Counted from the stretch's first letter, positions 38,724 through 50,614 are shown. The stretch: DNA of 54,996 nucleotides from an uncultured delta proteobacterium (GCA_963776085.1 CAVZMS010000062.1:1-54996), one strand, 5' to 3'. Numbers and translations: made by a program. Notes: generated from the sequence alone by a model not told the origin.

Positions 38724-40571
38724 ATGAAAGACTTGCGAATAAATGGCGCCCGAACCAGCAATAAACTCCTGATAAGGTGGATTAAAGAGATAGCTGAACT
38801 ATGCACGCCAGACCTTGTGTATATCTGCGACGGCTCACAGGATGAAAACAGCCGGCTCTGTGAACAGATGATCCAAAACGGTACTTTTATAAGACTCAAT
38901 AAAGAGAAACGGCCAAATAGTTTTCTATGCCGTTCAGACCCTAAAGATGTTGCGCGAGTTGAAGACCGTACATACGTTTGCAGCATCAGTAAGGATGACT
39001 CAGGTCCCAATAATAATTGGATGAGCCCCCATAAGATGAAAGAAAAGCTTACCGCTCTTTTCAGGGGATGCATGCGCGGACGGACAATGTATGTCATCCC
39101 GTTCAGTATGGGACCTTTGGGTTCCCCTATTTCTCATATAGGGGTGGAGATCACTGATTCCGCTTACGTTGTAGTTCATATGAGAATCATGACAAGGATG
39201 GGACAGCGTGTGCTCGATGTCCTGGGAGAAAAGGGGGGATTTGTACAATGTCTCCATTCTGTGGGCTCACCTCTCAATCCGGGCCAGAAAGATGTGCCAT
39301 GGCCATGCAACCCTGATAACATCTTTATCACCCATTTCCCCGAGGAAAGGGCTATCTGGTCGTTCGGCAGCGGCTATGGGGGAAACGCCCTTTTGGGCAA
39401 GAAGTGCTTTGCATTGAGAATTGCGTCAGTTATGGCCAGGGCTGAAGGATGGATGGCTGAGCATATGCTTATCATGGGACTCGAAAACCCGAATGGAAAA
39501 AGGAGCTATGTTGCTGCCGCGTTCCCAAGCGCATGCGGAAAGACAAACTTCGCCATGATGGTACCTCCTAATGGATTTGAAGGGTGGAAGGTATTCACCA
39601 TAGGCGATGATATTGCATGGCTGAAGCCCGATGTCCATGGCAATCTACGGGCGATCAATCCGGAGGCTGGCTTTTTCGGCGTCGCTCCGGGGACATCAAT
39701 GAAATCCAACCCTAACGCTATGTTGACCCTGACCAAAAATTGTATCTTCACCAACGTGGCCCTTACTGATGAAGGGGACATCTGGTGGGAAGGAATGACG
39801 GATGAACCTCCGGCCCATTTAATTGATTGGAATGGCCTGGACTGGACCCCTAATTGTGGCCGGTTGGCTGCTCACCCTAATGCCAGATTTACCGCTCCCA
39901 TTGCACAGTGCCCCACCTTTGATCCCGAGTGGGATAGTCCGAAAGGGGTGCCTATCAAGGCATTCATCTTCGGAGGCAGGGTCACTAAAGACATACCTCT
40001 TGTATTTGAAGCATTTAACTGGTCTCACGGAGTATATCTGGCCGCGACCATGGGTTCTGAGGCTACAGCGGCAGCCAAGGGACAACCTCCCATGAGGAGG
40101 GATCCTATGGCAATGCTCCCCTTTTGCGGTTACAATATGGCCGATTATTGGGGTCACTGGTTAAACATGGGCCGTGTGCTGTCTGATTTTCCCCGAATCT
40201 TCCGAGTAAACTGGTTTAGAAGGGATGAGAAAGGAACTTTTCTTTGGCCGGGCTTTGGTGAAAATATGCGGGTACTTAAATGGGTCTTTGACCGTATTCA
40301 TGGCTGCGGCAATAGTGTGGAAAGCCCTATCGGATTCATGCCTCGTCACCAGGATATACATTGGGACGGGCTCGAATATGATCCCGAACTATTTTATAGG
40401 ATCATGTCGGTGGATCATGAGCAGATCAAAAGAGAGCTTAACGCACATGAAGAGCTGTTTGATAAGTTTTATGACCGTCTACCTAAAGAATTCATTTATC
40501 ACAAAGAACTCATGAAATCCAGATTATGGCGTTCCCCGAAGGTCTGGGAAATGCCAAGGCAGGTATTTTAG
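38724..40571 (+). CDS. pckG: Phosphoenolpyruvate carboxykinase (GTP)
   Basis: [35 protein letters not shown]. Confidence 0.95.
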   Translation: MKDLRINGARTSNKLLIRWIKEIAELCTPDLVYICDGSQDENSRLCEQMIQNGTFIRLNKEKRPNSFLCRSDPKDVARVEDRTYVCSISKDDSGPNNNWMSPHKMKEKLTALFRGCMRGRTMYVIPFSMGPLGSPISHIGVEITDSAYVVVHMRIMTRMGQRVLDVLGEKGGFVQCLHSVGSPLNPGQKDVPWPCNPDNIFITHFPEERAIWSFGSGYGGNALLGKKCFALRIASVMARAEGWMAEHMLIMGLENPNGKRSYVAAAFPSACGKTNFAMMVPPNGFEGWKVFTIGDDIAWLKPDVHGNLRAINPEAGFFGVAPGTSMKSNPNAMLTLTKNCIFTNVALTDEGDIWWEGMTDEPPAHLIDWNGLDWTPNCGRLAAHPNARFTAPIAQCPTFDPEWDSPKGVPIKAFIFGGRVTKDIPLVFEAFNWSHGVYLAATMGSEATAAAKGQPPMRRDPMAMLPFCGYNMADYWGHWLNMGRVLSDFPRIFRVNWFRRDEKGTFLWPGFGENMRVLKWVFDRIHGCGNSVESPIGFMPRHQDIHWDGLEYDPELFYRIMSVDHEQIKRELNAHEELFDKFYDRLPKEFIYHKELMKSRLWRSPKVWEMPRQVF

Positions 40572-40618
40572 AGAATAAATAACCTATCCCTAGTTATCTT
40601 TTCAGAGGAGGCCTGAGC

Positions 40619-41479
40619 GTGAGTCAACAATCCCTTTTTGATCAAAGTCGGAGTAACATTTTATCTGAGGCAAGTCGTATTTTTCTTTCCTTATTCCTGG
40701 CGTCAATTACTATTCTTACGCTCCAAGGATGCGGCACCCTCTCCAACGGTCGAGGATGGGGGCAGGATGCCACTTTTACACCCGGATGGGACCGTATTAA
40801 GGAGTCGGCGGCCAACGCCGCCTTATCGCCTGAGACCTGGATCCCTGTCGCGACATCCCTCGCATTGCAGGTTGGCGACATGGATAAACGCATATCCCAT
40901 TGGGCATCAGATAATAACCCGATATTCGGCTCTCAAAATAATGCCGCAAAATGGGGCAACTATCTGGAAGATAGTTCGGCGGCCGCCTATTTAATTACTA
41001 CCATAGCCACACCAAGCGGAGATGATCCTTCGGACTGGTTGACAGCCAAGGCAAAGGGCCTTGCTCTCGGAGTAACAGCTAGTGTGATTACATCGGGAAG
41101 CACATCATTGCTGAAAAACCTATCCGGCAGGACACGGCCTGGCGGAGGGAGTAATAAAAGCTTCCCGTCAGGTCATGCCTCCGGCACCGCTGTATTTACT
41201 ACCCTTACGAGGCGAAACCTTGAATCGATCTCATTATCTCCAGGTAGCAGGCTTTTTGCCGATATCGGGATCATAGGCATCGCTGTAGGGACAGGATGGT
41301 CAAGGGTAGAGGCGAAGGCACATTATCCATCCGATGTACTTGTCGGATACGCCCTGGGGCATTTCTTCAGCTCCTTTATAAATGACGCCTTCTTAGGTCT
41401 GGATAATGGAAAGGCACCTCTCTTGAACATGGAGCGATCAGGAAAAGGGATCTTGATCAATCTAACTTGGGTGTATTAG
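40619..41479 (+). CDS. PAP2 family phosphatase
   Basis: K..SGRTRP, SFPSGH, SRVEAKAHYPSDV. Confidence 0.9.
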   Translation: MSQQSLFDQSRSNILSEASRIFLSLFLASITILTLQGCGTLSNGRGWGQDATFTPGWDRIKESAANAALSPETWIPVATSLALQVGDMDKRISHWASDNNPIFGSQNNAAKWGNYLEDSSAAAYLITTIATPSGDDPSDWLTAKAKGLALGVTASVITSGSTSLLKNLSGRTRPGGGSNKSFPSGHASGTAVFTTLTRRNLESISLSPGSRLFADIGIIGIAVGTGWSRVEAKAHYPSDVLVGYALGHFFSSFINDAFLGLDNGKAPLLNMERSGKGILINLTWVY

Positions 41480-41705
41480 ATAGGTTTAGCAGCGAAGGTC
41501 GGCTGTCTATCTATTTTTTTAGTTGCTTTAAGAATTTTTTTTAAAAAAATGTAACCATTTCTGTAACTATTACGACCAAAAAATAAGCCTTTTGCAATAA
41601 ATTACTAAAAGCAATTCAGTCGAGAATCATTTCTTGAAGTCCAAAATCAACAGGTTATTTTAATGGTCTGGGAAATGCCAAGGCAGATATTTTAATGCCG
41701 AAAGA

Positions 41706-42008
41706 ATTCAGCGATTCCCGGTTAGAATTTCTCATAAAGGTTTAAGTGCAGGTATGTCCTACGGGGATCTCTTTTTAGAGGCGAAGAAATAATCTGCAAG
41801 GAATAGGCATAAGGATGTCGTCAGGCGGGTGGCGAATTTCCAGGTAGGTAGCTACGTATCCTTCCTGGTCTATTTGGCTGGAAGCCCTCCGCCCGCCTTT
41901 GCTACAAGTTATGCAAAGTACCGGGTACTATACATTTCGCCTTAAAAAAGAGATCCCCGTGGGACATTATATCAACATGCAAAATTCTAATCGGGAATCG
42001 CTGTGAAT
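41706..42008 (+). repeat. ~300 bp nested-palindrome element, copy 1 (core 41754-41967)
   Basis: ATGTCCTACGGGGATCTCTTTTTAGAGGCGAA...TTCGCCTTAAAAAAGAGATCCCCGTGGGACAT plus outer arms; homologous to 48078-48365. Confidence 0.9.
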
Positions 42009-42016
42009 AGATTAAT

Positions 42017-42583
42017 TTAAGGGACAGGATCAGGGTCAATTAGCTGTAGAGATACTTTGCTAACACGAGCAAGAAAAATAGTATCGTCACCGGTAAGGAA
42101 ATACTGCTCCCTGTTCTCCTTCCAAAACAGATCGAATCGCCAGGGCCTCTTCCTCGCCTTAGGATAGGGTTTTAAACGAGGCATCAGACTGTATGTGCAA
42201 GACGCATAATCCCTGTAGTCTTCGCCAAAGATGCTTTCCAGCCTTGCCATCTCTTTTCTATACTTCCGAGGCATGTAGTTGAAAAAAAACACGCCTAATC
42301 CAATAAGGAGTATAATCCAGTTATATCCCCATCCCATGACGCAAAATCCGATCAAAAGGAGCAACCTGCCTAAATAGAGGGGGTCCCTGAGATAGGCATA
42401 AGGACCGGAGGTCGTGACTTCATCATTCCTGATGAGATGGCCGCTCGCCCACACGCGAATCCCTTCACCTGCAAAAACAATGATGGCGCCGAAGATGATG
42501 GAGAACTCGTTGGGACGGGCAAGGAGAAGAACCATGGCTAATGCCAGAATCATAGGGATGGACTTCAGTAGTCTATTATTCAT
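42017..42583 (-). CDS. Isoprenylcysteine carboxyl methyltransferase/PEMT family membrane protein
   Basis: IRVWASG, TSGPYAYLRDPLYLG, E..L..FGEDY.DY. Confidence 0.85.
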   Translation of the reverse strand: MNNRLLKSIPMILALAMVLLLARPNEFSIIFGAIIVFAGEGIRVWASGHLIRNDEVTTSGPYAYLRDPLYLGRLLLLIGFCVMGWGYNWIILLIGLGVFFFNYMPRKYRKEMARLESIFGEDYRDYASCTYSLMPRLKPYPKARKRPWRFDLFWKENREQYFLTGDDTIFLARVSKVSLQLIDPDPVP

Positions 42584-43191
42584 TTGTGTCCCTTTACAAG
42601 CCGGTAGAGATAAAACATGTCAGGAGGTGTCCCTTTTCCAAAAAATCTTTTTTCTATCTTATACAAACGTTCAAGATCAAGAAGCTTAAAAATCCTGAAT
42701 AATCCTTTGTCAAGAAAGGGAAGGCGGCCTCGGGCATAGGCCGTGGAAAAATCTATAATATAAGCTATATCCTCGTGAATCAGGATATTTCTCATGTGAA
42801 GATCGCCATGGGCCACGCCCCTGTTATGGATCTGATGAACGAGGTCTTGGAGGCGATAGAGGCATAATTCGCTCAGTTCTCCTGACTTCAGTTTATCAAG
42901 AGGACTACCAGGAACCCTGGTCATCCTGATCGAATTCCTCGTCGGCCTCCCCAGGTACTCCGGTACGCCATCGATCCCTTGAAGCCTTTTCAGCGCGACC
43001 TCCTCCCAGTGGAGGCAGATTCTCGCATATAAACGAGAAGGCAAAGGTGCTCGGCCATAGTCTTTTTCAACCCATCCATCCTCAAACCTTACTTCCCCTT
43101 TCCAAAAGTTCCTTGGCCTGTAAGGGGCGATCATGTGATCCGAGGCCTCGGTTTCAAGGTCACCTGAAGTTCTATGTTTCCTGATACCCAT
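42580..43191 (-). CDS. Kdo/RIO1-like kinase family protein
   Basis: VEKDY, E..AL.RL, HGDLHMRNIL, IIDFS. Confidence 0.75.
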   Translation of the reverse strand: MGIRKHRTSGDLETEASDHMIAPYRPRNFWKGEVRFEDGWVEKDYGRAPLPSRLYARICLHWEEVALKRLQGIDGVPEYLGRPTRNSIRMTRVPGSPLDKLKSGELSELCLYRLQDLVHQIHNRGVAHGDLHMRNILIHEDIAYIIDFSTAYARGRLPFLDKGLFRIFKLLDLERLYKIEKRFFGKGTPPDMFYLYRLVKGHK

Positions 43192-43385
43192 TAGAAAAAA
43201 ATACCACTAAGGCATGATATTTTACAAGCATTTTATCATCTACCTCGATCCGATCCCTCTTATATTGACCCGGCTCCGTACATTGAGACGGATTCAAAGC
43301 CCCATCCGGAAAGCAGTGACTTCACCCATAGAACGAGGTATGCGGAAAGCCCCCTAAAGGGAGATAGATTTTCGACGTGTCCTGT

Positions 43386-44426
43386 TCAATCTGACTGCTT
43401 CAGGATATGATGCCCTTCCAGGGATCTTCTATCGGATATCCGCAACCATATAAGGGCTATGGCCCCAAAGACAATGGTTGGGAAGAAAAATGTGGCATGA
43501 AGCAGGATCGCCGCGGACAGCGCCTCCTCCCTTGCCACTCCGAATAACAGAAAGCCGTATTGAACTGCCAGATGAAATGTGCCTATATATCCAGGCGATG
43601 AAGGGATCATTACACCGAAAGCAGCTATGGCCATGATTATAAATACTGCAATGAACGGGATTGATAATCCTATAGAGGACGCGATAAGCCTAATCTGATA
43701 GAGGGCTGAAAACCATAATAGAAAAGAGTAGAATATTGCCATAGTCCATCCATAAAGGTCTTTGATAGGGACCAAACCCAGTGCAAAATTTCTTACACCT
43801 GTAATTATCCTTGACCGAAGAGATTGAGAAAAAGGGAAAAGGAGCCTTTCAAGGATGGCTACAAAACGATCCGTCCTGTATTTAAATCCTGCTAAAAAGA
43901 GTATCAACAAAATATATAACAGGAAAAGGGTAAGACCCGTGGCCCGAAGGCCGCCGGACACGGCATTCAATTCTTCCGTCAAGGTGGCGCCCAAAAGGCC
44001 GATCAGCAATATAAGGAGCAGTATTAAGCCGTCAAAGATCCTTTCAACCACGATAGTCCCGAATGCCGAGACCCGGCTTATTTTTTCTGTGTAGCCCAGG
44101 TAATTAGCCCTAATAAATTCTCCCAACCTGGCAGGTAGAATGCAGTTGGCGGCAAAGCCGATTAGGATGGATAACAGTCGATTTGAAAAATCGGTTTTTT
44201 TTACGGTCTCAAGAAGTATGTACCATCGCCATGCCCTTATAACGAACTGAAAAAAGGTGATGATAATGACCAGGGCGATAAGCCAAAGTTCAGAAGCGCG
44301 GATGACAATCCATGTCCGGTAAATATCGACTTTTCTGAAAGAGAGGTAAAGGAAAACGGCGCTTATCAGCAGCCCTATCCATAACTTCCAGTTAATGGAT
44401 CTATTTGGATTTTTGACCTGATTCAT
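43386..44426 (-). CDS. Lysylphosphatidylglycerol synthase TM-domain (flippase-like) protein
   Basis: RAWRW, NCILPARLGEFIR, VERIFD, PSSPGYIGTF. Confidence 0.85.
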   Translation of the reverse strand: MNQVKNPNRSINWKLWIGLLISAVFLYLSFRKVDIYRTWIVIRASELWLIALVIIITFFQFVIRAWRWYILLETVKKTDFSNRLLSILIGFAANCILPARLGEFIRANYLGYTEKISRVSAFGTIVVERIFDGLILLLILLIGLLGATLTEELNAVSGGLRATGLTLFLLYILLILFLAGFKYRTDRFVAILERLLFPFSQSLRSRIITGVRNFALGLVPIKDLYGWTMAIFYSFLLWFSALYQIRLIASSIGLSIPFIAVFIIMAIAAFGVMIPSSPGYIGTFHLAVQYGFLLFGVAREEALSAAILLHATFFFPTIVFGAIALIWLRISDRRSLEGHHILKQSD

Positions 44427-45354
44427 GAAGGCCGAACAGCTCTCTCGTTCTCGTGATATCTTTCATAATCTGAGCAGCCAATTCCTCTTTACTGCCGAAG
44501 ATCTTCTCTTCTCTCAGCCGGTGAAGAAACTTTATGGTGAATTCTTTCCCGAATATATCCTTGCTGAAATCAAGGAGATGTGTCTCGATTGAAAGGGCAT
44601 TTCCGCCGAAGGTCGGATTATTCCCTATGTTGCACACCCCATAATAACTCCCGTCCTCCAAATCCACGATAACGGCATAGACACCTTTCTTTGGGATCAA
44701 TTCATCGATTGCCAGAAGGTTTGCGGTGGGTATCCCCAGGAGCTTTACACCTCTGCCAGCGCCTTTTATAACCATGCCCGATATCTGGTAGTCCCTGCCC
44801 AGATATCTCTTGGCTTCGGCAAGATCCCCTTCCAGGAGAAGATCCCTGATGTATGTGCTGGACACTAATGTCCGGTCCAGATAGAACGGTTCAATCACAT
44901 GGACCTTGAACCCTAATTCCTTTCCCATCCCCTGCAGGAGTTCAATACCCCCCTGGCGCCCGCGCCCAAAGGCATAATCATAGCCCACAACGATCTCTCT
45001 AGCCCCTATCCTGTCAACGAGAATCTCCCGGACAAAATCCCGCGCCGAGATGGCCCCGAACTGTTTGTTAAAGGAGATACAGAATATAACATCGATCCCA
45101 GCATCTGATATCAGTTTTAATTTCTGCTTGATAGGGGTTATCAGAATGGGGGCGTTTCCAGGTTTCATGACCTTGACGGGATGGGGATCGAATGTCATTA
45201 CCACCGATTGTCCGTTGATGTCCTTTGCAATCTGTTTGACTTTATCAAAGAGCGCTAGATGGCCTTTATGAACTCCGTCAAAGTTTCCTATAGTTAAAAC
45301 AGGGTTTTTTAAAGGACTTTTAATCTCTTTTATATCTTTAATAATATTAATCAA
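44401..45354 (-). CDS. ribF: Bifunctional riboflavin kinase/FAD synthetase
   Basis: TIGNFDGVHKGH, TFDPHP, VSSTYIR, PTANL, NIGNNPTF. Confidence 0.95.
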   Translation of the reverse strand: MINIIKDIKEIKSPLKNPVLTIGNFDGVHKGHLALFDKVKQIAKDINGQSVVMTFDPHPVKVMKPGNAPILITPIKQKLKLISDAGIDVIFCISFNKQFGAISARDFVREILVDRIGAREIVVGYDYAFGRGRQGGIELLQGMGKELGFKVHVIEPFYLDRTLVSSTYIRDLLLEGDLAEAKRYLGRDYQISGMVIKGAGRGVKLLGIPTANLLAIDELIPKKGVYAVIVDLEDGSYYGVCNIGNNPTFGGNALSIETHLLDFSKDIFGKEFTIKFLHRLREEKIFGSKEELAAQIMKDITRTRELFGLHESGQKSK

Positions 45355-45601
45355 TTTCTTATAATCCTTATAAGTAATGAAATGTAAGTCAGCTATCATC
45401 CCGTAATCGGGATAGCTTGAGGGTTCAAGGATTCAAGGGGTCAAGTGATCATAAGTATTTTTCTATCAATCCCCAAAAGGAAATAATATACACCATAATT
45501 TGATTCTTCACCTATTCTAAAAACTAGCCCTATAAACTTCTTTATTGACAGAAATTAGGGGATAATATAAATAATTGTAAAAAATATCAACCCTAATCCG
45601 T

Positions 45602-45685
45602 GCCGAAGTGGCGGAACTGGTAGACGCGCTAGGTTCAGGGTCTAGTGGGGGTTCCCCCGTCGGGGTTCAAGTCCCCGCTTCGGCA
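45602..45685 (+). tRNA. tRNA-Leu(CAG)
   Basis: GCCGAAG/CTTCGGC acceptor stem, anticodon loop TTCAGGG, long variable arm, GGTTCAAGTCC T arm; CCA not encoded. Confidence 0.95.
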
Positions 45686-45764
45686 CTCTTATCGTTAAAA
45701 ATATCAACTATTATCCTCTTCACCGTTGCAATTGTTGAGAGACCTTTGTATAAATCCTTAATTC

Positions 45765-45808
45765 GTCATTCCGGGCTTAACTTAGCCTGCCCCGTACTGG
45801 ATACGGGG
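45765..45808. repeat. REP-like hairpin remnant
   Basis: GTCATTCCGGGCTT followed by CCCCGTA-CTGGA-TACGGGG hairpin. Confidence 0.45.
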
Positions 45809-45915
45809 GAAGCTTAAGTCGGAAGAAATCGTCTCATTACACTTGATAATACATGCCAAGATAGGATAGATATATCAAAAAAAATAATAGGGGATATTGC
45901 CCTAGCGTATAGAAA

Positions 45916-46705
45916 ATGCAACAAATGTCACGAATCCTCCTAACAATCATTTCCGTGCTTGCTCTCCTGAATTTCCCGATGGACGCTTCCTTCGGGCAGC
46001 AAAATAATGCCTCTATGAAAAGGGCAAAGGATATACTGCGCCAGATAGATGATATGTGGCGCGGCACGTCATCCCATTCCGTGCTGACAATGCAGGTTAA
46101 AACAGCGCACTACACTCGTGAGATGCGGATGGAAGGGTGGTCAAAAGGAAAGGATAAGACCCTTGTGCGCATCCTATCCCCCTTAAAGGAAAAGGACACG
46201 GCCACCTTAAAATCCGGGAATGAGTATCTACAGCTATCTGCCGAGGACCGACCGAACCATTCAAGCCTTACATCCAGCATGATGATGGGTTCCTGGATGG
46301 GCAGTCACTTCACAAATGACGACCTGGTTAAGGAATCGCGAATGGAAGAGGATTATGATCCCTCAGTCTCTTTTGAGGGTGAATAGAGACGGCATGGATA
46401 TAATTGAATTCACGCTTATCCCAAAACCTGATGCCGCGGTAGTCTGGGGCAAGATTGTGGCTATCGTGCTTGCCGAAGATTACATGCCTTTAAAATACTA
46501 CTATTACGATGAGGAAATGAATATCGCCCGCACCATGACCTTCAGCAGGTTTGAGATGCTTGGAGGAAAGATCAGACCAAAGGTCATGAGGGTAGTGCCT
46601 GCGGATAAACCGGATGAATTTACAGAGTTGGTATACGAAGAGCTTGAGTTGGATATCAGCCTTGAAGATGATTTTTTCTCTATCTCCAGTTTGAAGAGGA
46701 TATGA
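45916..46705 (+). CDS. Outer membrane lipoprotein-sorting (LolA-like) protein (frameshifted)
   Basis: Signal peptide, SWMGSHFTNDDL, PKPDAAVVWGKI, FFSISSL. Confidence 0.8.
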
Positions 46706-46710
46706 AGGAC

Positions 46711-46755
46711 AAGGTATAAGGTGTAAGGTATACGGTATAAGGTGTACGGTATAGG
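46711..46755 (+). repeat. Heptamer tandem repeat (AAGGTAT-like, about 6 units)
   Basis: aaggtat aaggtgt aaggtat acggtat aaggtgt acggtat. Confidence 0.85.
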
Positions 46756-46793
46756 ATAAACAAAATTCGTTAGAGGCTCTCCAATAGAGAAGA

Positions 46794-48017
46794 ATGAAGA
46801 TCACTTTCAATTGCATCAAGGAATGTCTTTAGAAACTGGCGAAGGACCCTGGTAACCACGCTGGCCATGGGATTTGCCGGATTCATCATGATACTGTTCG
46901 CCGCATTGATGGACGGGTTGCTCCAGGCAAGCGAACGAAACGCAGTCGCAATGGATCTCGGGGATATCCAGATACATGCCAAGACATACCTGGATGATCC
47001 CGACCTGTACAAGCGCATCGAAAATGCCGATAACCTGGTCCGCGCTCTAAAGCAGGCGGGCTTCCATGCCACCCAGAGGATCTACGGCTTCGGGCTGGCG
47101 GCAGCTGGCTCCGCATCTGCCGGGGTCCAGTTGCGCGGGATAGACCTTTCAACAGAATCTGATGTCACCCAGATCCATAATCACGTGTTGCAGGGAAGCT
47201 GGCTCGATGAAAAGGATCCCAAGGGGGTCGTGATAGGAAGAAAGCTTGCCAGGACACTCGGTGTAGGTCCTGGGGATGAGATGGTTTTCGTGGGTCAGGC
47301 TACCGACGGTTCCATGGCTAACGATCTCTACACCGTTAAAGGCATACTCAAGTCCGTTGGTGAAGAGGTGGACCGGACCGGTTTCTTACATGATCGAAAG
47401 CGAGTTTCGTAAATTGATGGTCCTTCCGACAGGGGCCCACGAGATCGCTGTTATGCGGCCTGACAGGAGCAGCGATCTCAAAGAGGCCACAGCGCGGGTC
47501 TCGGCCCTGGCCGAGGGGTATGAAACCATGAACTGGAGGGAACTTAAGCCTGTTATAGCAAGGATACTGGACCTGGCCGACTCGCAGATGATCATCTTGA
47601 TTATTATCACCTATACAGCCGTGGCTATGGTGGTCTTAAACGCCATGCTTATGAGCGTTTTTGAACGGATCAGGGAACTGGGCATTATGAAGGCCGTTGG
47701 AGTCACGCCATGGCAGCTCATGTTGCTGATATACGCTGAAATGATTATACAGGTAGCTGTTGCAAGCATTATAGCCTTCCTTTCGGGGTGGTCCCTGTCT
47801 CTCTATTTTCAGAAAAACGGCATCGATCTTTCCAGCCGTTGCCGATGGCGCCTCCTTCGGGGGGGTTGCTATAGACCCGATCTGGAGGGCCTATCTGACG
47901 CCCGAGGCCATTGTGATTCCGATAATCTTCCTTTTTATTATCGCTTCCCTGGCCGTTCTTTATCCGGCAGTAAAGGCCGCTGTTATTCAGCCTGTATCTG
48001 CTATTCACCATAGATGA
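46794..48017 (+). CDS. ABC transporter permease, FtsX/LolE family (frameshifted)
   Basis: RNVFRNWRRT start, VVIGRKLA..LG, MSVFERIRELGIMKAVG. Confidence 0.85.
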
Positions 48018-48077
48018 AGGATTGGGGAGGATGTCTGAACAGGTTTCATAGCGATGTAAAAAGATGTATCAGAAATG

Positions 48078-48365
48078 TCCTGACAGGATTTTACGTAAAA
48101 AAGATATTATTGAAAATATGTCCTACGGGGATCTCTTTTTTAGAGGCGAAGAAATAATTTGCAAGGAACCGGCGTAAGGATGTCGTCAGGCGGGCGGCGA
48201 AGTTACGGGTAGATAGCTACTTCTCCTTTGTGGTTAATTCGCTGGAAGCCCTCCGCCCGCCTTTGCTACGAGTTATGCATAATTCCAGGCACTGAAATAT
48301 TTCGCCTTAAAAAAGAGACTCCCGTGGGACATTAGATCAACATTTTATGCAAAATCCTGACGGGA
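48078..48365 (+). repeat. ~300 bp nested-palindrome element, copy 2 (core 48118-48332)
   Basis: Colinear with 41706-42008; same inner terminal repeats, covaried outer arms. Confidence 0.9.
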
Positions 48366-48425
48366 TAAATCTGGGGATGCCTGCAACTTTGAAAATTACT
48401 AACCTGTTTCGGGTAATGACTTTAG

Positions 48426-49664
48426 ATGAATATCTGTAAAATGGCATGGCGAAATATGTGGCGACGAAAACGCCGCACATATATAACGGCCTTTTCAATA
48501 GGGTTCGGCGTGCTGTTGTCAGTCACCTTTACCGGCGTCGCTGATAACAGCTACACAAAGATGATCAACACAAGCGCCGTCATGGGACTGGGGCATGTTA
48601 CTGTTGAGCCCAAAGGATATAACGAGACCCCTTCACTGGACAAGAGGCTGTTTAATACCAATAGGGTGAGGGACAGGCTCCTGCGAATACCGGGGGTAAA
48701 GGACGCCCTTGTAAGGATAATGGGCCAGGCTATGCTGGCGAGCGCCAACAAGAGTATCGGCGGAGTCTTTATCGGTATTGATCCGGGCATGGAATCCGGG
48801 GAGCAAAATCTCTTTATCCGCTCCATTGTTGAAGGGCAGCTCTTTACCGGGACAGACGGCCTCGGAGCGGTTGTAGGGAATAAGGTGGCAGAGAAGCTTA
48901 ATATAGGCATCAACAAAAAGCTGATCTACACTACCACCGATGTAAACGGAGAGATAGTAAGCGAGATCGCCCGTGTGACAGGGATATTTGAGACGGGCGT
49001 AAGCGAGGTGGACGGTTCCATGATCCTTCTGCCTATCGACAGGGTCCGCGCCACCCTGAGCTATGGACCGGAAGACGCTACACTTATCTCTGTCGTGATT
49101 GAAGACCAGCGTCGCGCCATAAAGATGCGCGATATGATCAATTCCCAGGTGGGCGACCCGGCAAGGGAGGTATTGAGCTGGAAGGAGACACAGTCTGAAC
49201 TTGCATCTATAATTACCCTCGATAAGGCAGGAAACCGCATTATCCAGGTACTTATAGGTCTTCTTATCGCCGCTGGAATCCTGAATACCCTGCTTATGAG
49301 CGTTATGGAGAGGACGCGGGAGTTCGGGGTCATGATGGCCGTTGGCATGTCCCCATTCACGCTTTTCAGGCTTGTAATCATGGAATCGATCTGGTTTGGG
49401 ATATTGGGCTTTTACTGGGTGTAATAATTACCGCGCCATGGTATGCATTTATGTATCACCACGGCATAGATTTCAGCGGCATGGTCGGCAGCTGATTACA
49501 GCGCAAGCGGCGTGCTTATCGATCCCCTGGTGAAGATCAGGCTGTTCAAGGAAAGCTCCGCGGCTATCATGACCGGGGTATTCACGCTTACTATCTTATC
49601 CGGCATCTATCCTGCCTGGCACGCCGGCAGGGTTCCGCCGGTTGAAAGCCTTAAGGCGATATAA
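48426..49664 (+). CDS. ABC transporter permease, FtsX/LolE family (3' frameshifts)
   Basis: AWRNMWRRKRRT, NTLLMSVMERTREFGVMMAVG. Confidence 0.88.
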
Positions 49665-49858
49665 AGGTATAGAATATGGACTAGGATGCTGGATTACTGA
49701 AGATACTTCAGATACTCGGAAGCAAAAATACAAAATTTTATTATCATTATCTATTACTAGTATCCAGCATCACATGTGAATTCCAATAAAGCATACAATC
49801 ACAAATAATTATTAATGGTCTTAAGATTTTTACCGATTCAGAAAGTGAAGGATAAACA

Positions 49859-50555
49859 ATGAAGGATCAGGCGATAGTCAGGCTTGAAGAGGCCTCAAAG
49901 ATCTACTGGCAGGGTCAAGATGGAGGTGCGGGCCGTGGATGGTCTATCATTTGACATCCATAAAGGGGACTTTGCTGCGCTCTGTGGCCCGTCCGGATCA
50001 GGAAAGACGACGGTACTGAATCTTATCGGCGGACTTGATATCCCTACCTCCGGAAAGGTGTTTCTGGAGGGGCAGGATATCGGCCTTTTAACACGCTCAA
50101 AGATCTCCGCCATCCGCAGGGACAGGATAGGGTTCGTATTCCAGGCATATAACCTTATCCCCGTTATGACGGCCTATGAAAACGCCGAGTTTGTCCTGAC
50201 ATTGCAGGGGGTATCGGGACGTGAATGCCGCGACAGGGTAATGGCTATCCTTAAGGAAGTCGGCCTTGATGGACTCGAAAACCGCCGACCTGATGAGATG
50301 TCTGGAGGGCAGCAGCAGAGGGTGGCCATAGCAAGGGCCATCGTCACTCAACCGGCCATAGTGCTGGCAGACGAGCCTACCGCAAATGTCGATTCAGCCA
50401 CCGCAGACTCACTTCTGGTCCTGATGGAAAAACTCAACCATGAATCCGGGGTTACATTCCTCTTTTCCACCCATGACCAGAGGGTAATGGATCGGGCGCA
50501 CCGGATTATAAGGCTGCTGGACGGAAGGATAGAAAGCGACGAGGTCCTCAGTTGA
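49859..50555 (+). CDS. ABC transporter ATP-binding protein, LolD-like (5' frameshift)
   Basis: GPSGSGKT, MSGGQQQRVAIARA, LADEPT, STHD. Confidence 0.92.
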
Positions 50556-50614
50556 GACGCCCAATAAATTAGCAATGTTTAAAGGTGTATGCACGCAGGA
50601 AAGCAGAAGAACGA

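Noticed and set aside
45602-45830. tRNA-Leu as an island integration site
   Set aside because: No adjacent integrase and no duplicate of the tRNA 3' end seen in the window
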